Counted from the stretch's first letter, positions 19,359-30,517 are shown. The stretch is 64,000 nucleotides of DNA from an uncultured Bacilli bacterium (GCA_934099115.1 CAKOPK010000003.1:24409-88408); one strand, 5' to 3'. Notes: generated from the letters alone by a model not told the origin. A program made the numbers and translations.

Positions 19359-20297
19359 GTGTCAAGAATGACTATAGTATATAAAGTAAGTGATAATATA
19401 AAACCATTAATGATAAATTTTTATCAAGATAGATTTGTAGCTAATCCCCCTATGTATTCCGTATTTCAAGTAAAAGACTATGACTGCGTAATTACATTAT
19501 ATGAGTCTGGCAAAGTCATGTTTCAAGGTATTGGAGCAGACATAGAAGCAAGCTACTGGCTAGAAGAAGAAAGAATCAAGAATAATCGTATTATCGACAT
19601 AACTGGTAAAGAGAAGCCAAAAAAAGAAGAGAAAAAAGTATTTATTAACACAAGTTCAATTGGTTCTGATGAAGTTGGTACAGGAGATTTTTTTGGTCCT
19701 ATTGTAGTAACAGCCACTTTTGTATCGAAAGAAAATATAGATTTTTTAATAGATTTAGGAGTTCGAGACTCAAAAAAATTAACAGACATAAAAATTAAAA
19801 CAATAGCCCCAGAAATCATGAAAAAAATCCCCTATTCTACTTATATTCTAACTAATACTAGTTACAATAAAAATTGGAGTGAAGACTTAAATATGAATAA
19901 AATTAAAGCCATTCTTCACAATAAAGTATTAGTAAATATGAAAAATAAGGGTTATCCATATGATAAGATTGTAGTCGATCAATTTGTTTATCCTAAAAAA
20001 TATTTCGAACATATAAGTAAAGCAACTGAAAAAGTAACAAATATTACATTCATGACGAAAGCTGAGGACCAATGCCTAAGCGTAGCAGCTGCATCCATTA
20101 TATCCCGCTATATATTTTTAGGCGAAATGAAAAAATTAAGCGAAGAACTAGGTAGAGAAATACCAAAAGGAGCAGGCCCTAACGTAGACCAAGTTGGTGC
20201 TCAAATTGTTAAAGAATATGGCTTTTCAAAGTTAACAGAAATTGCTAAACTTAACTTTAAAAACAAAGACAAAATTAATGAACTATGTAAAAATTAA
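19359..20297 (+). CDS. rnhC: ribonuclease HIII
   Basis: 312 aa. N-terminal TBP-like domain followed by the RNase H fold IGSDEVGTGDFFGPIVV. Start may be ATG 19368. Confidence 0.85.
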   Translation: MSRMTIVYKVSDNIKPLMINFYQDRFVANPPMYSVFQVKDYDCVITLYESGKVMFQGIGADIEASYWLEEERIKNNRIIDITGKEKPKKEEKKVFINTSSIGSDEVGTGDFFGPIVVTATFVSKENIDFLIDLGVRDSKKLTDIKIKTIAPEIMKKIPYSTYILTNTSYNKNWSEDLNMNKIKAILHNKVLVNMKNKGYPYDKIVVDQFVYPKKYFEHISKATEKVTNITFMTKAEDQCLSVAAASIISRYIFLGEMKKLSEELGREIPKGAGPNVDQVGAQIVKEYGFSKLTEIAKLNFKNKDKINELCKN

Positions 20298-20330
20298 GAG
20301 TATCTAAATGCTCTTTTTATTTTAAAAAAT

Positions 20331-20356
20331 AAAAAAGACTGCTCGAAAGCAATCTC
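20331..20356 (-). terminator. intrinsic terminator of pyk
   Basis: Minus strand GATTGCT-TTCG-AGCAGTC followed by TTTTTTATTTTTT. Confidence 0.6.
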
Positions 20357-20361
20357 TAAAA

Positions 20362-21768
20362 CTAATTTACTTCTTCTATTTTTAAGAAATTAGTTAAGCG
20401 AACAACATTATTTACCATAGGTAATCCACCAGTTATTACAATTTTGTCTTCTTTCTTCAAATTAAAGTATTGAATAGCCTTTGTTTTTACTAATTCTACT
20501 AATTTATCAGTATCATCCATAAGAGGAACAATAGTAGTATAAACTCCATAGTTAAGTGCTAAACTTCTCGCTACTTCTTTAGTAGTACATGTTGCAAGAA
20601 TTGGAGCAGTTGGTCTAAAGTTACTTACTATCTTAGTACTATAACCACTAATTGCTTCTACTACCAAAGCCTTAATGTCAACAACATAAGTCAATTCAAC
20701 TGCACTTTTAGCAATACATTCTGTTCTACCAATTTTTCCTAAATATTGAAAATGATTCATAGCATGATTTTCTGTTTCTTCTGCTATAGAAGCCATAAAA
20801 CTTACAGCTTCAACCGGATACATTCCCATCGTTGTTTCTCCACTTAACATAATAGCATCCGTACCATCTAAAACAGCATTCGCTACATCTGTAACTTCTG
20901 CTCTAGTTGGACGAGAATTCTTTTTCATGCTCTCTAGCATTTCTGTAGCAACAATACATACTTTTCCATGTTCTCTTGCTTTTTTAATAATTTTCTTTTG
21001 ATAAACTGGTAACAAAGAGATAGGGACTTCTTCTCCAAGGTCTCCTCTAGCAACCATAACACCATCACTTACACTTAAAATTTCATCTAAGTTATTAATA
21101 CCAGTCATACTTTCAATTTTAGATATAATCTTAATATTACTATGTTCTTTATCAATAATTTTTTTAGCTTCTAAAACATCCTCTTTGCTAGAAACAAATG
21201 ATAAAGCTAAAAAGTCTCCATCATGTTGACAAGCATAAGTAATATCTACTTTATCTGCATCACTTATAAATGGTATATTTAAATCTATTCCTGGTACAAA
21301 TAAACTTTTCTTATTGCCTAAAATTCCACCATTTCTAACAATACAAGTCACTCCGTCTTCTTCTTTAGAAATTACTTCAATTTTCATTAATCCATTTTCT
21401 AATTGAATAAAATCCCCAACTGATAAACAGTCCAAAGATTCTGGATGATTAACACTAAAGCGTTCTGCATTTCCAATAACATTTTCTTTAACAATTCTAA
21501 TAGTATTACCAGGTACTAAAGAAATACCGCCTTCTACTACTTCACCATTTCTAAATTCAGGTCCTTTTGTATCAAAAAGTAATGCTATATTTAAGTTTTC
21601 TTCATCATTAATTCTTTTAACTAAATCTATAACAGTATTCTTTTCTTCATCTGTTGCATGGCTAAAATTAACTCTAGCAACATTCATCCCAGCATGAGCC
21701 ATCTTTTTAAATACTTCATAATCATAACTAGATGGGCCAATACTACAAACTATTTTTGTTTTTTTCAT
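20362..21768 (-). CDS. pyk: pyruvate kinase
   Basis: MKKTKIVCSIGPSS..., MVARGDLG and other PK motifs. GGGGAG SD 7 nt before ATG 21768 (ORF track extends to 21786). Confidence 0.95.
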   Translation of the reverse strand: MKKTKIVCSIGPSSYDYEVFKKMAHAGMNVARVNFSHATDEEKNTVIDLVKRINDEENLNIALLFDTKGPEFRNGEVVEGGISLVPGNTIRIVKENVIGNAERFSVNHPESLDCLSVGDFIQLENGLMKIEVISKEEDGVTCIVRNGGILGNKKSLFVPGIDLNIPFISDADKVDITYACQHDGDFLALSFVSSKEDVLEAKKIIDKEHSNIKIISKIESMTGINNLDEILSVSDGVMVARGDLGEEVPISLLPVYQKKIIKKAREHGKVCIVATEMLESMKKNSRPTRAEVTDVANAVLDGTDAIMLSGETTMGMYPVEAVSFMASIAEETENHAMNHFQYLGKIGRTECIAKSAVELTYVVDIKALVVEAISGYSTKIVSNFRPTAPILATCTTKEVARSLALNYGVYTTIVPLMDDTDKLVELVKTKAIQYFNLKKEDKIVITGGLPMVNNVVRLTNFLKIEEVN

Positions 21769-21827
21769 CTTACTTCTCCCCTTCATAAAATAAATAATTG
21801 CAGATTTAAATAATACTACAAAATAAA

Positions 21828-21858
21828 GAAAAAATAAAGGTTTTTTCCTTTATTTTTT
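21828..21858 (-). terminator. intrinsic terminator of holA
   Basis: Minus strand ATAAAGG-AAAAAA-CCTTTAT followed by TTTTTC. Confidence 0.5.
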
Positions 21859-21890
21859 TATTAAAATGTAAATTTACTGTTTAAATTATT

Positions 21891-22844
21891 CTAATTATCA
21901 CATATATCCAAAATAAATAACTCTAAAGCCATATTTTTATCTATTTTTCCACTCTTTATATTTAAGTCTAGCTTTGTCAATTTTATTAAAATACTCTCTA
22001 ACTCTTTTTCTTTATAAGGAAAAATCTTTTTCAAATATTTTTCAAACTGCCAATCTAACAATCCAAGTTCATTCATTATCGCATATTCTCTTTTATTTTG
22101 TTCTAATAATTGCTTAATTTGTAACATAATTCGAAAATCTCTAGCTAATAAAGATACAAGAATTGTTGGCTCAACTTTCAGTACTTTTAAATCACTTAAT
22201 AATTCTAAACTTTTTTCAATATCATTGTCTACTACTGCATCTACAAAAAGAAAATTATTAGAATTAATAGGCCTAGAAATAATATTTTTGGCATCTTCCA
22301 TTGTTATATTACAAGGTTCTTTATAATATAGTAATAACTTATTAAATTCACTAATTGCAATATCATAATTATTTAAACTAGAAGCTACTATATATTTAGC
22401 AACTTCATTATTCATGTTAAAGCCTCTTTGTTTTACTAAACTCATGACTTTATTTTCTATTTCATAATATTTCAAATTAGGAATTGATATAATCTCATAC
22501 TGTTCCTTTATAGCCTTAGTAACTTTTTTTCGCATATCCAATTTAGAATTACAAATAAATATCAAAACCGAATTTTCATTTGGTTCCTTTAAATAATTAA
22601 GCAACAACTCAGTATCTTTTTCTTTACCTTTATCTGTCCCAAAAAAATTGGCATTCTTTACTATTATGTATTTTTTTTCTGCAAACATAGAAAAATATCC
22701 TGCTTCTAATATGGCATCTTCTAGTTCATTTACAGTTAAATCAAAGATAGTAATATTCTTACTATCTTTAATAATTTCATCTATTTTTTCATTAATTAAT
22801 AAATAACTTTCACCACTTAATAAATATATCTTCATAACTACCAC
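21891..22844 (-). CDS. holA: DNA polymerase III delta subunit
   Basis: 317 aa with the IYLLSGESYLL N-terminal pattern. Sits directly after comEC as in Bacillus. Confidence 0.75.
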   Translation of the reverse strand: MVVMKIYLLSGESYLLINEKIDEIIKDSKNITIFDLTVNELEDAILEAGYFSMFAEKKYIIVKNANFFGTDKGKEKDTELLLNYLKEPNENSVLIFICNSKLDMRKKVTKAIKEQYEIISIPNLKYYEIENKVMSLVKQRGFNMNNEVAKYIVASSLNNYDIAISEFNKLLLYYKEPCNITMEDAKNIISRPINSNNFLFVDAVVDNDIEKSLELLSDLKVLKVEPTILVSLLARDFRIMLQIKQLLEQNKREYAIMNELGLLDWQFEKYLKKIFPYKEKELESILIKLTKLDLNIKSGKIDKNMALELFILDICDN

Positions 22845-22879
22845 ATCTCTATTATAACATTAAACTTTCAAGAAATATA

Positions 22880-24940
22880 CTATAAAGGCTCATAAAATAT
22901 AAATTTTTCATTTGTTTTTTTAATAATCATATGAATCGTTCCCTTTTCCTGTGTATTATAAACTTTTATTTTATTGGCATTTAAAACTTTCAAAGTTTCT
23001 TTAGCCGGATGATTATAGCGATTATTTCGACCTGCGGATATAATAGCATACTTAGGCTTTATTGCCTTTATAAAATCATTATCTGTACTTGTTTTAGAGC
23101 CATGATGTCCTACTTTAATAACATCTACTTTTGGAAGCTTTTTCTCTACTATTTTTTCTATACTTTTTGGTGCATCTCCCATAAAAAGCCAATTTTTATT
23201 TAAAAAAGTTACTAATAAAACCAATGAGCTTTCATTTTCATCAGCGCTTGTTCTTAAATTTAAGTTCTTAATTACTATTTTTTTCCCTAGATAATTATTT
23301 TTTATATGTTTATCTATTTTCTTAGATAATTTATATTCCTCTTGATTTAATCTGTTATTATTAAGCATAATACTTTTAAATTTAAGTTTTTCTACTAACT
23401 TTTTACTATAACCTATATGGTCTGTATCCCCATGTGTAACAATTAGCAAATCTATCTTAGTTATTCCTAAACTCTTAAAAAATTGCACTAAAGTATCCCC
23501 TAAATCATAATTTGCATTTTTCTTTTGCCAATCTTCTTTACTGTATTCTATTTTCCCTCCAGTATCAATCATTATAGTATCCTTTTGATAAGGACTAACT
23601 ATAAAAGAAGCATCACCTTGACCGACATCTAAATAATATATGTGATAAGAATTATCAAGTAGTGGTACTATCTTTTGCCAGATTATAAAAGCTATCAATA
23701 AATAAAGCATTTTGAAGCCATATTTATAATAACAATAAAAGATAAAATAATAAATAATCATAAATAGTAAATTACCTTTAGGAACTACAAGATTAATTGC
23801 CAGTGTATTTAATATAAAATTAAGTTTTTCTAATACTAAAAAGCCTAAATTTAAAGCAGGTTCTAAAAAAGAAAATACAAACGTTAACAAAGTAAAAGGA
23901 AACAAAATTAAACTAACAAATGGCACTATAATTAAATTATTAAAAACCGTCAATAAATTAATTTCATAAAAATTCATTAAAGTCACAGGAGCACTTGCTA
24001 AAAAAGCTATAAAGCTTGTTTTTAATAGCTTTTTAAAATAATTACCAGTTATCTTATTAGAATATATAATTAAGCTAAAAGAAGTCAAAAAAGAATATAA
24101 AAAACCTAAATCTTCTATATAAAAAGGATTTAATAAAATAAGAGAGAAAAACAAATAATAAACTACTAAGAGATTATTAATGTTTAGCTTACTCTTTTTA
24201 TTAAAATAAAGTACAATATAAAATAGACTAGCTCTTACAACTGAAGCACTAAAGCCAATCAAAAACATATAGAAAATCAAGAATACAATTATAATTCCTT
24301 TGTTTTTAATACCTATTTTTTTTAAAATATTATCGAATATCATAATTAAAAAACTTATATGCATTCCCGAAACTGCAAACAAATGAGTAATTCCATTCGC
24401 CTGATAAACTTTATAAACATTGCTATCGATATAACTATTCTTTCCTAAAATAAATGCATAAAAATAATCTGGTTTTTTAAAAGCATTTACTCTCCTTACC
24501 AATTTGTTTTTAATAATATATAGAATAGAAGTACTTTTCTTTGTTATTTCCATTTTAGTAGCATTCATAACCCAATATATCTTTTTTCCATATAAATATT
24601 TTTGATAATTAAAAGTATTAGGTATAGTATTTTTAAGTGGTCTTTGAAGGGTTCCATCTATTTTTATAGTATCTCCTAATTCTAAACAATAGTCATTCTT
24701 TTCTTTTTCTGTTTTAAAATAATAATTTACCATTATCTTTTCTTTGTTCTTAAGCATCAAGGATAATTTATCTCCATCAATTTTATAATCAATAATAACT
24801 CCCTCAATAGAACTTGATTCCTCACTCCAAATGGAAGTATACTTAACAATTTTTAGATTATAAAAAACATAACAAATTAAGCAAAAAAGACTAATAATTA
24901 TAAAAATCTTAGACTGTAATAAACTCTTTAATTTTTTCAA
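22880..24940 (-). CDS. comEC: DNA internalization competence protein ComEC/Rec2
   Basis: 686 aa. Polytopic competence domain plus a C-terminal metallo-beta-lactamase domain (VTHGDTDHIG, VGHHGS). Confidence 0.9.
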   Translation of the reverse strand: MKKLKSLLQSKIFIIISLFCLICYVFYNLKIVKYTSIWSEESSSIEGVIIDYKIDGDKLSLMLKNKEKIMVNYYFKTEKEKNDYCLELGDTIKIDGTLQRPLKNTIPNTFNYQKYLYGKKIYWVMNATKMEITKKSTSILYIIKNKLVRRVNAFKKPDYFYAFILGKNSYIDSNVYKVYQANGITHLFAVSGMHISFLIMIFDNILKKIGIKNKGIIIVFLIFYMFLIGFSASVVRASLFYIVLYFNKKSKLNINNLLVVYYLFFSLILLNPFYIEDLGFLYSFLTSFSLIIYSNKITGNYFKKLLKTSFIAFLASAPVTLMNFYEINLLTVFNNLIIVPFVSLILFPFTLLTFVFSFLEPALNLGFLVLEKLNFILNTLAINLVVPKGNLLFMIIYYFIFYCYYKYGFKMLYLLIAFIIWQKIVPLLDNSYHIYYLDVGQGDASFIVSPYQKDTIMIDTGGKIEYSKEDWQKKNANYDLGDTLVQFFKSLGITKIDLLIVTHGDTDHIGYSKKLVEKLKFKSIMLNNNRLNQEEYKLSKKIDKHIKNNYLGKKIVIKNLNLRTSADENESSLVLLVTFLNKNWLFMGDAPKSIEKIVEKKLPKVDVIKVGHHGSKTSTDNDFIKAIKPKYAIISAGRNNRYNHPAKETLKVLNANKIKVYNTQEKGTIHMIIKKTNEKFIFYEPL

Positions 24941-25604
24941 AAAGTGCTTCTCCTATGCCACTCACATTTAACAAATCTTTAATATTACTAAAACTTCCAT
25001 TATTATTGCGATATTCAATAATTGCCTTTGCCTTAGAAGAACCAATCCCTGAAACAGTAGTTAATTCACTCTCTGATGCCGTATTAATATTAACCAATTG
25101 ATTATCACTAGAAGTTGTTTTTTCTTCTGTATTAGTATTAGTCCCTGTTTCAATAACACTAACTTTTTCATTAGTACAATCAGAAATATCTACTGTATCC
25201 GTTTTGCAAACTGTTTGTTTTTTATCATCTTTCACTTCATTTTTGCTATAAACATAAATAACCATTTCATCGCTGACTTTTTTGCTTAAATTAATATTAT
25301 TTGCATAAGCATTTTTAGTAAAACCGCCCGCTAAAGCTATAACATCATTAATAATAGTGCCTTCTTTTACTTGATAAACCCCAGGCTTTTTCACATTTCC
25401 TTTAATATCTACCGCTACATATATATCTGTCTTTTCTTCACTATCACCATTATCTGCAACAGCAATAATCTCGTCTTTTATTGCTTTAGGTTCCAATTTT
25501 TGTAAATAAATACTATAGCCAGACATAACACAAGCAAAAAGTATTAAAATAAGTAAAACTCCTGATAACCAATATTTTTTAATAATAAAGAAAATATTTT
25601 GCAT
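24909..25604 (-). CDS. comEA: competence protein ComEA (DNA receptor)
   Basis: N-terminal TM, SLBB-like region (VDIKGNVKKPGVYQV) and C-terminal helix-hairpin-helix (INTASESELTTVSGIGSSKAKAIIEYR). Confidence 0.85.
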   Translation of the reverse strand: MQNIFFIIKKYWLSGVLLILILFACVMSGYSIYLQKLEPKAIKDEIIAVADNGDSEEKTDIYVAVDIKGNVKKPGVYQVKEGTIINDVIALAGGFTKNAYANNINLSKKVSDEMVIYVYSKNEVKDDKKQTVCKTDTVDISDCTNEKVSVIETGTNTNTEEKTTSSDNQLVNINTASESELTTVSGIGSSKAKAIIEYRNNNGSFSNIKDLLNVSGIGEALFEKIKEFITV

Positions 25605-25753
25605 AATGTCCTCCTTTCTAGGTGCATTGTAACAAAATATTTTCTAAATTCCAAATTACAATTTTCTATAATCTCTAACTAATTTATTAAAATCTGTTAA
25701 CAAATAATTCTTTATTATCAATAAATTTAGATATTTTTCTTACAAATTTACTA

Positions 25754-26170
25754 TTATCTGTATTTTTTCTTCTTTTTAAATAAAAGTGTAAAGAATAGTA
25801 AAATAAGAAGAAAACAACTTACAGAAATTATAGGTACTGCATATTTCGGCACTTCTTTTTGGGTAGAAGACTCTAATCTTTTTACTAAATGGTCATAATA
25901 GCTAACATCTTGGCTCTCTTCTTTATAAACAGTTATATAATAGGTATAACTTTCATCATCATTAAATACTTTAACTAAAATTTCTGTTTTATCATTATTT
26001 AAATTATTATTTAGAATTTCAATTTGAGCATCTTCTTTTAGTTCATACTGAAATTCTAAAGATGTAACTGAAGAATCTGTTAAACTAACTGTATAATGCA
26101 TATTATACGGATTAAATGGTATTGATAATTCACCATTTATTACTTTTAAATCTTGAAGTAAAGTATTCAT
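25754..26170 (-). CDS. hypothetical C-terminally membrane-anchored protein (beta-sandwich-like ectodomain)
   Basis: 138 aa with a C-terminal TM plus KKKKKYR. The N-terminal part resembles cadherin-like beta-sandwich repeats (weak, by eye). Confidence 0.4.
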   Translation of the reverse strand: MNTLLQDLKVINGELSIPFNPYNMHYTVSLTDSSVTSLEFQYELKEDAQIEILNNNLNNDKTEILVKVFNDDESYTYYITVYKEESQDVSYYDHLVKRLESSTQKEVPKYAVPIISVSCFLLILLFFTLLFKKKKKYR

Positions 26171-26197
26171 TATAATCTCTCCCTTTTTATTCTAAAC

Positions 26198-26220
26198 CAA
26201 AAAAAGGAGTTTATACTCCT
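26198..26220 (-). terminator. intrinsic terminator of hemW
   Basis: Minus strand AGGAGT-ATAA-ACTCCT followed by TTTTTTT. Confidence 0.6.
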
Positions 26221-27312
26221 CTAGATTAGTTTTATTAAGATTTCATTCATAACATATAACTTTTTCGGATTTATATAAACTCTGCCATCTTTATATATTA
26301 AATCTCCACTCTTAATTAAAGGCTTAATAGGAAAAATATTTTGCATATTTTCTTCAAATTTATCAAAAAAATGTTCTAATTGAATCCCCTCTAACTTTCG
26401 AAAACCTAAAATAAGTTCATTTTCCATATTATCAACTTTACTCATTAAACTTTTAGAACTAACAAAATTTCCTTTTAAATACTCTGTTAAACTCTTTGTA
26501 TTTTCATAACGAATAGCCGCGACATAACCACTAGCACCACATCCGAAACCATAATATTCTTCATTATTCCAATAAGTTAAATTATGCTTCGATTCATAAC
26601 CTTTTTTAGCAAAATTCGACACTTCATAATGCTGATAACCATTCTTTTTTAATGTTTTACAAATTTTATCATACATCTTAGAGTCTCGTTCTTCTTCTAT
26701 TGGTTTTACTTTATTAAAGCCAACTAAGGTATTCTTTTCTATAATTAAACTATAAGTACTTATATGTTCAGGTTTTAATTTAATAATTTTATCTAAATCT
26801 TGTTTTAATACAGCAATAGACTCATCTGGTATTGCATACATCAAATCAACATTAATATTTTTAAAACCAATTTTTCTAGCTAAAGCTATTTTTTCTTTCG
26901 CTATCTTAAAATTAGCTTCTCGGTTCATAAATTTAAGCTTTTCTTTATTAAAACTTTCTATCCCTATACTTAAACGATTTACCCCATTTTTATATAAAAA
27001 GCTTAATAATTCACTATTTAAATCATTAATATTAGCTTCTATAGTAAACTCTATATTTGAACTTTTCTTAAATATTTTAAGTACTTCAAATAAACTTTCT
27101 AATTCTGGAAGCGAAAGACAAGTAGGAGTTCCTCCCCCAATATATAAAGTCTCTATTTCTTCTCCCAAGTAAGAATTGTCTATTTCCTCTTTTAATCTTT
27201 TCAAATAAGGCAAAACCCAATCATGATTATAAACTACTTTGCAAAAATCACAATAAGAGCAAATACTACTACAAAAAGGGATATGAATATAAACTGATTT
27301 TATCTTTTCCAT
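26221..27312 (-). CDS. hemW: radical SAM heme chaperone HemW (HemN-like)
   Basis: 363 aa with the CSSICSYC radical-SAM cluster motif near the N-terminus. Downstream of lepA as in Bacillus. Confidence 0.85.
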   Translation of the reverse strand: MEKIKSVYIHIPFCSSICSYCDFCKVVYNHDWVLPYLKRLKEEIDNSYLGEEIETLYIGGGTPTCLSLPELESLFEVLKIFKKSSNIEFTIEANINDLNSELLSFLYKNGVNRLSIGIESFNKEKLKFMNREANFKIAKEKIALARKIGFKNINVDLMYAIPDESIAVLKQDLDKIIKLKPEHISTYSLIIEKNTLVGFNKVKPIEEERDSKMYDKICKTLKKNGYQHYEVSNFAKKGYESKHNLTYWNNEEYYGFGCGASGYVAAIRYENTKSLTEYLKGNFVSSKSLMSKVDNMENELILGFRKLEGIQLEHFFDKFEENMQNIFPIKPLIKSGDLIYKDGRVYINPKKLYVMNEILIKLI

Positions 27313-27758
27313 TGTTCTTTCTGTACCTTATCTATAATACCAACTTCTTTAAATTGAATACTATTATCAATTCTATCTTGTAATTCTTTATCATCAATAC
27401 CCCGAATCATATCAAATAAAGTTGATTTTGGAATTTTACTTAAATCTGCTAATTCTTGAAGAGAAAAACCACTTTGAATATAAGCATCTGCATACATTCT
27501 AGCAGTAAAGTCTTCATATGATTTGCCTCTTTTACCAGTTTTTCCACCAGTTTTGTGTCCTTCTAAAGCAATTTTAGCTTGTGATAACTCTATCCGTTCT
27601 TTTAATATTTTATTATAGTATTCACTCTCTGGATTACGAACTTTAGCAAGATAAAGTTGAATTGTTCTTTCTTTTTTACCAAATTTATCTGCTGTTTCTT
27701 TAATTGTATGTCCATCAGCTACAAATTCTGCAACTTGTGTAATATAATCTCTATCCAT
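27300..27758 (-). CDS. SpoIIID-like HTH DNA-binding protein with a second C-terminal HTH
   Basis: 152 aa. Residues 1-80 (VAEFVADGHTIKETADKFGKKERTIQLYL...ALEGHKTGGKTGKRG) follow the SpoIIID layout: an HTH, then a basic GH-GG tail. The C-terminal half has a second HTH (FSLQELADLSKIPKSTLFDMI). Confidence 0.45.
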   Translation of the reverse strand: MDRDYITQVAEFVADGHTIKETADKFGKKERTIQLYLAKVRNPESEYYNKILKERIELSQAKIALEGHKTGGKTGKRGKSYEDFTARMYADAYIQSGFSLQELADLSKIPKSTLFDMIRGIDDKELQDRIDNSIQFKEVGIIDKVQKEQWKR

Positions 27759-27761
27759 TCT

Positions 27762-29567
27762 TTATTCCTCCCCACTTAATACTTCTAAGAAAACTTCACT
27801 TGGAATTTCTACATTTCCAATCATTTTCATTCTCTTTTTACCTTCTTTTTGTTTTTCTAATAATTTTCTTTTACGTGTAATATCTCCCCCATAACACTTT
27901 GCTAAAACATTTTTTTTCATAGCACTGATGTTTTCTCTAGCAATTACTTTAGAGCCAACACTCGCTTGTATAGGAAGTTCAAACATTTGTCTTGGTATTA
28001 ATTCTCTTAATTTTTTAACAACACTTCTTCCTCTTGAATAAGCAAAATCTTTATGAACAATTACACTCAAGGCATCTACCGGTTTTCCATTCAATAAGAT
28101 ATCCATTTTTACTAAATTAGACTCCTTATAACCACATATTTCATAATCAAATGATGCATATCCTTTAGTATAACTCTTTAACTTATCAAAAAAATCATAA
28201 ACAATCTCCGATAAAGGTATTTCATAATGAATATTTACTCTAACTTCATCAATATATTCCATACTCTTATAGGTTCCCCTTTTATCCTGGCATAATTCCA
28301 TAATTGGTCCAATATATTCACTAGGAACAATAATATTGGTATAAATATAAGGTTCTTTTATAGATGCAATCATTGTTTTCTCAGGCATTTTATTAGGGCT
28401 ATCTATCTTTAAAATGTCCCCATTAGATAAATATACTTCATAAATAACACTTGGACTAGTAGCAATAATATCAATATTAAACTCTCTTTGAATACGTGTC
28501 ATAATAACATCCATATGTAATAAGCCTAGAAATCCAGTTCGAAATCCAAACCCTAAAGCATCACTTGTTTCTGCCTCAAATGTTAATGCCGCATCATTAA
28601 GTTTCAATTTATATAAAGCCTCTTTTAAATCTTCAAAACGATTAGGTTCTACTGGAAATAACCCTGAATATACCATAGGCTTCATAGGTTGATATCCTTT
28701 AATTGGAGTAGTTGCAGGGTCACTTTTTAAAGTAATGGTATCTCCTACACTAACTTTATCAATCTCTTTAATACTAGCACATACAAAGCCAACTTCACCT
28801 GCAACTAATTTTTCTCTCTTTACTTCTTTAGGAGTATTTACCCCTAATTCCACAATTTCAAAATCAGCATCTGTAGCCATTAAATGAATTTTATCTTTTA
28901 CCCTTAATTCGCCACTCTCTACTTTTACTAAAGCAATAACACCTCGGTAAGCATCAAATTTACTATCAAAAATTAAAGCTTTTGTTTTTTCATTCGGTAT
29001 AATTTTCGGTGCCGGTACGCGTTTAATAATTTCTTCAATTAAAGTTGGAACACCTACTCCAGTTTTACCACTACATAAAACTATTTCTTCTTCTTTGAAT
29101 CCAAAAACTCTTTTTAATTCTTCTGTTACTTTAGGAACATTCGCATTGGGTAAATCTATCTTATTAATAACTGGTATAATCGTTAAATCATTATTTAAAG
29201 CTAAATAAAGATTAGCTATTGTCTGTGCTTCTATTCCTTGCGCAGCATCTACTACTAAAATAGCTCCTTCACAAGCTGCTAAACTCCTAGATACTTCATA
29301 AGAAAAATCTACATGGCCTGGGGTATCTATTAAATTTAAAATATATTCTTCGCCTTGATAATCTGTACGAAGTTCTACAGCATTTAACTTAATAGTAATA
29401 CCTCTTTCTCTTTCTAAATCCATGTTATCTAACATTTGGTCTTTCATTTCTCTAGAATCTATCGCATGCGTGCATTCTAAAATTCGATCAGCAAGAGTAC
29501 TCTTTCCATGATCAATATGCGCTATAATTGAAAAATTTCTTATATTTTTGGTTTCCATAAACATCAC
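27762..29567 (-). CDS. lepA: translation elongation factor 4 (LepA)
   Basis: [15 protein letters not shown] and DTPGHVDF GTPase motifs, and the LepA C-terminal domain. Confidence 0.95.
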   Translation of the reverse strand: MMFMETKNIRNFSIIAHIDHGKSTLADRILECTHAIDSREMKDQMLDNMDLERERGITIKLNAVELRTDYQGEEYILNLIDTPGHVDFSYEVSRSLAACEGAILVVDAAQGIEAQTIANLYLALNNDLTIIPVINKIDLPNANVPKVTEELKRVFGFKEEEIVLCSGKTGVGVPTLIEEIIKRVPAPKIIPNEKTKALIFDSKFDAYRGVIALVKVESGELRVKDKIHLMATDADFEIVELGVNTPKEVKREKLVAGEVGFVCASIKEIDKVSVGDTITLKSDPATTPIKGYQPMKPMVYSGLFPVEPNRFEDLKEALYKLKLNDAALTFEAETSDALGFGFRTGFLGLLHMDVIMTRIQREFNIDIIATSPSVIYEVYLSNGDILKIDSPNKMPEKTMIASIKEPYIYTNIIVPSEYIGPIMELCQDKRGTYKSMEYIDEVRVNIHYEIPLSEIVYDFFDKLKSYTKGYASFDYEICGYKESNLVKMDILLNGKPVDALSVIVHKDFAYSRGRSVVKKLRELIPRQMFELPIQASVGSKVIARENISAMKKNVLAKCYGGDITRKRKLLEKQKEGKKRMKMIGNVEIPSEVFLEVLSGEE

Positions 29568-29612
29568 TATTCTATTATAACTTAAAAACTAAAAAGATAA
29601 AAGCCTAAACTT

Positions 29613-30398
29613 TTATCTTTCATTCTTACTATTATTTTTTAAACTTTTTAAATGTTCTTTCGCATTAAGCCTTAATTCCTTACGTCTTTTCTTTTCTTGT
29701 TCACGATAACTTTTCATTTTTTCAAAACTAGTATGATATGTTTTCTCTAAATCTGGGAAAGCCTTTAATAAACGATTGGGAAATGCTTTAAAGTTAGCAG
29801 TTAACTCTTTCAACTTTTTATCAAATAATACTGGTATTTTCGCCAATTTTTCGTTCTTTAACTCTTCTACAATAATTATTCTATTACGTAAATTATAAGC
29901 AATAATGATAGAATAAACTGTATCTAATGCTACAAAAATAAATAAAATAAGTGCTAATATTGACCAAAACTTAAAGGAAGCTAAACTAAACAATAACCCT
30001 AATAAAGGAGTTACAAAATAAATAACTACTAAAGCTAAAACTCCAAAAGCAATAGAATTTCTAAGACATATACGTCCATTTAAATTAAATCTTATACTAG
30101 AGTAATCCCACCATTTATTATGAAATATTTTTTCTAATAAGAAAGAAGCAAAATACTCTAAAGCACTTGTAATAATAACACCAAATACAAATACAACTAC
30201 TGGGTCATCATAATATCTTAATAAGCAAAATAAAATTAATACTGCTCCCCATCCATATATAGGAATAATAGGGCCACATAAAAAACCTCTATTTACCCAT
30301 TTATGAGTTCCTAAAAACACCCAAAATACTTCCATAAAATACCCAATAAAGGAACAAATAAAGAAAATTAAAAAACCATAAACTAATATCTCTTGCAT
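29613..30398 (-). CDS. polytopic membrane protein with a basic coiled C-terminal tail (resembles the putative type-IV ABC-transporter/DUF1113-like family)
   Basis: 261 aa with about 6 TM segments. N-terminal pattern FICSFIGYFMEVFWVFL...RGFLCGPIIPIYGWGAV. Confidence 0.45.
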   Translation of the reverse strand: MQEILVYGFLIFFICSFIGYFMEVFWVFLGTHKWVNRGFLCGPIIPIYGWGAVLILFCLLRYYDDPVVVFVFGVIITSALEYFASFLLEKIFHNKWWDYSSIRFNLNGRICLRNSIAFGVLALVVIYFVTPLLGLLFSLASFKFWSILALILFIFVALDTVYSIIIAYNLRNRIIIVEELKNEKLAKIPVLFDKKLKELTANFKAFPNRLLKAFPDLEKTYHTSFEKMKSYREQEKKRRKELRLNAKEHLKSLKNNSKNER

Positions 30399-30462
30399 TA
30401 ATAAACATCCTTTTCTTTAATTATTATATCATTAACTCTAAAATAGTGCTATAGTTTTAAAC

Positions 30463-30488
30463 ATATTTTTTATTTTAAGACATATAAT
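30463..30488 (+). promoter_or_regulatory. possible mother-cell (SigE-like) promoter upstream of the spoIIIAH-like gene
   Basis: ATATT (30463-30467), 13-nt spacer, CATATAAT (30481-30488). Resembles the ATATT ... CATACA-T pattern recalled for B. subtilis SigE promoters. AT-rich background, so weak. Confidence 0.3.
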
Positions 30489-30517
30489 CTACTAAGCTTT
30501 AGAGAAAGGAAATAATT

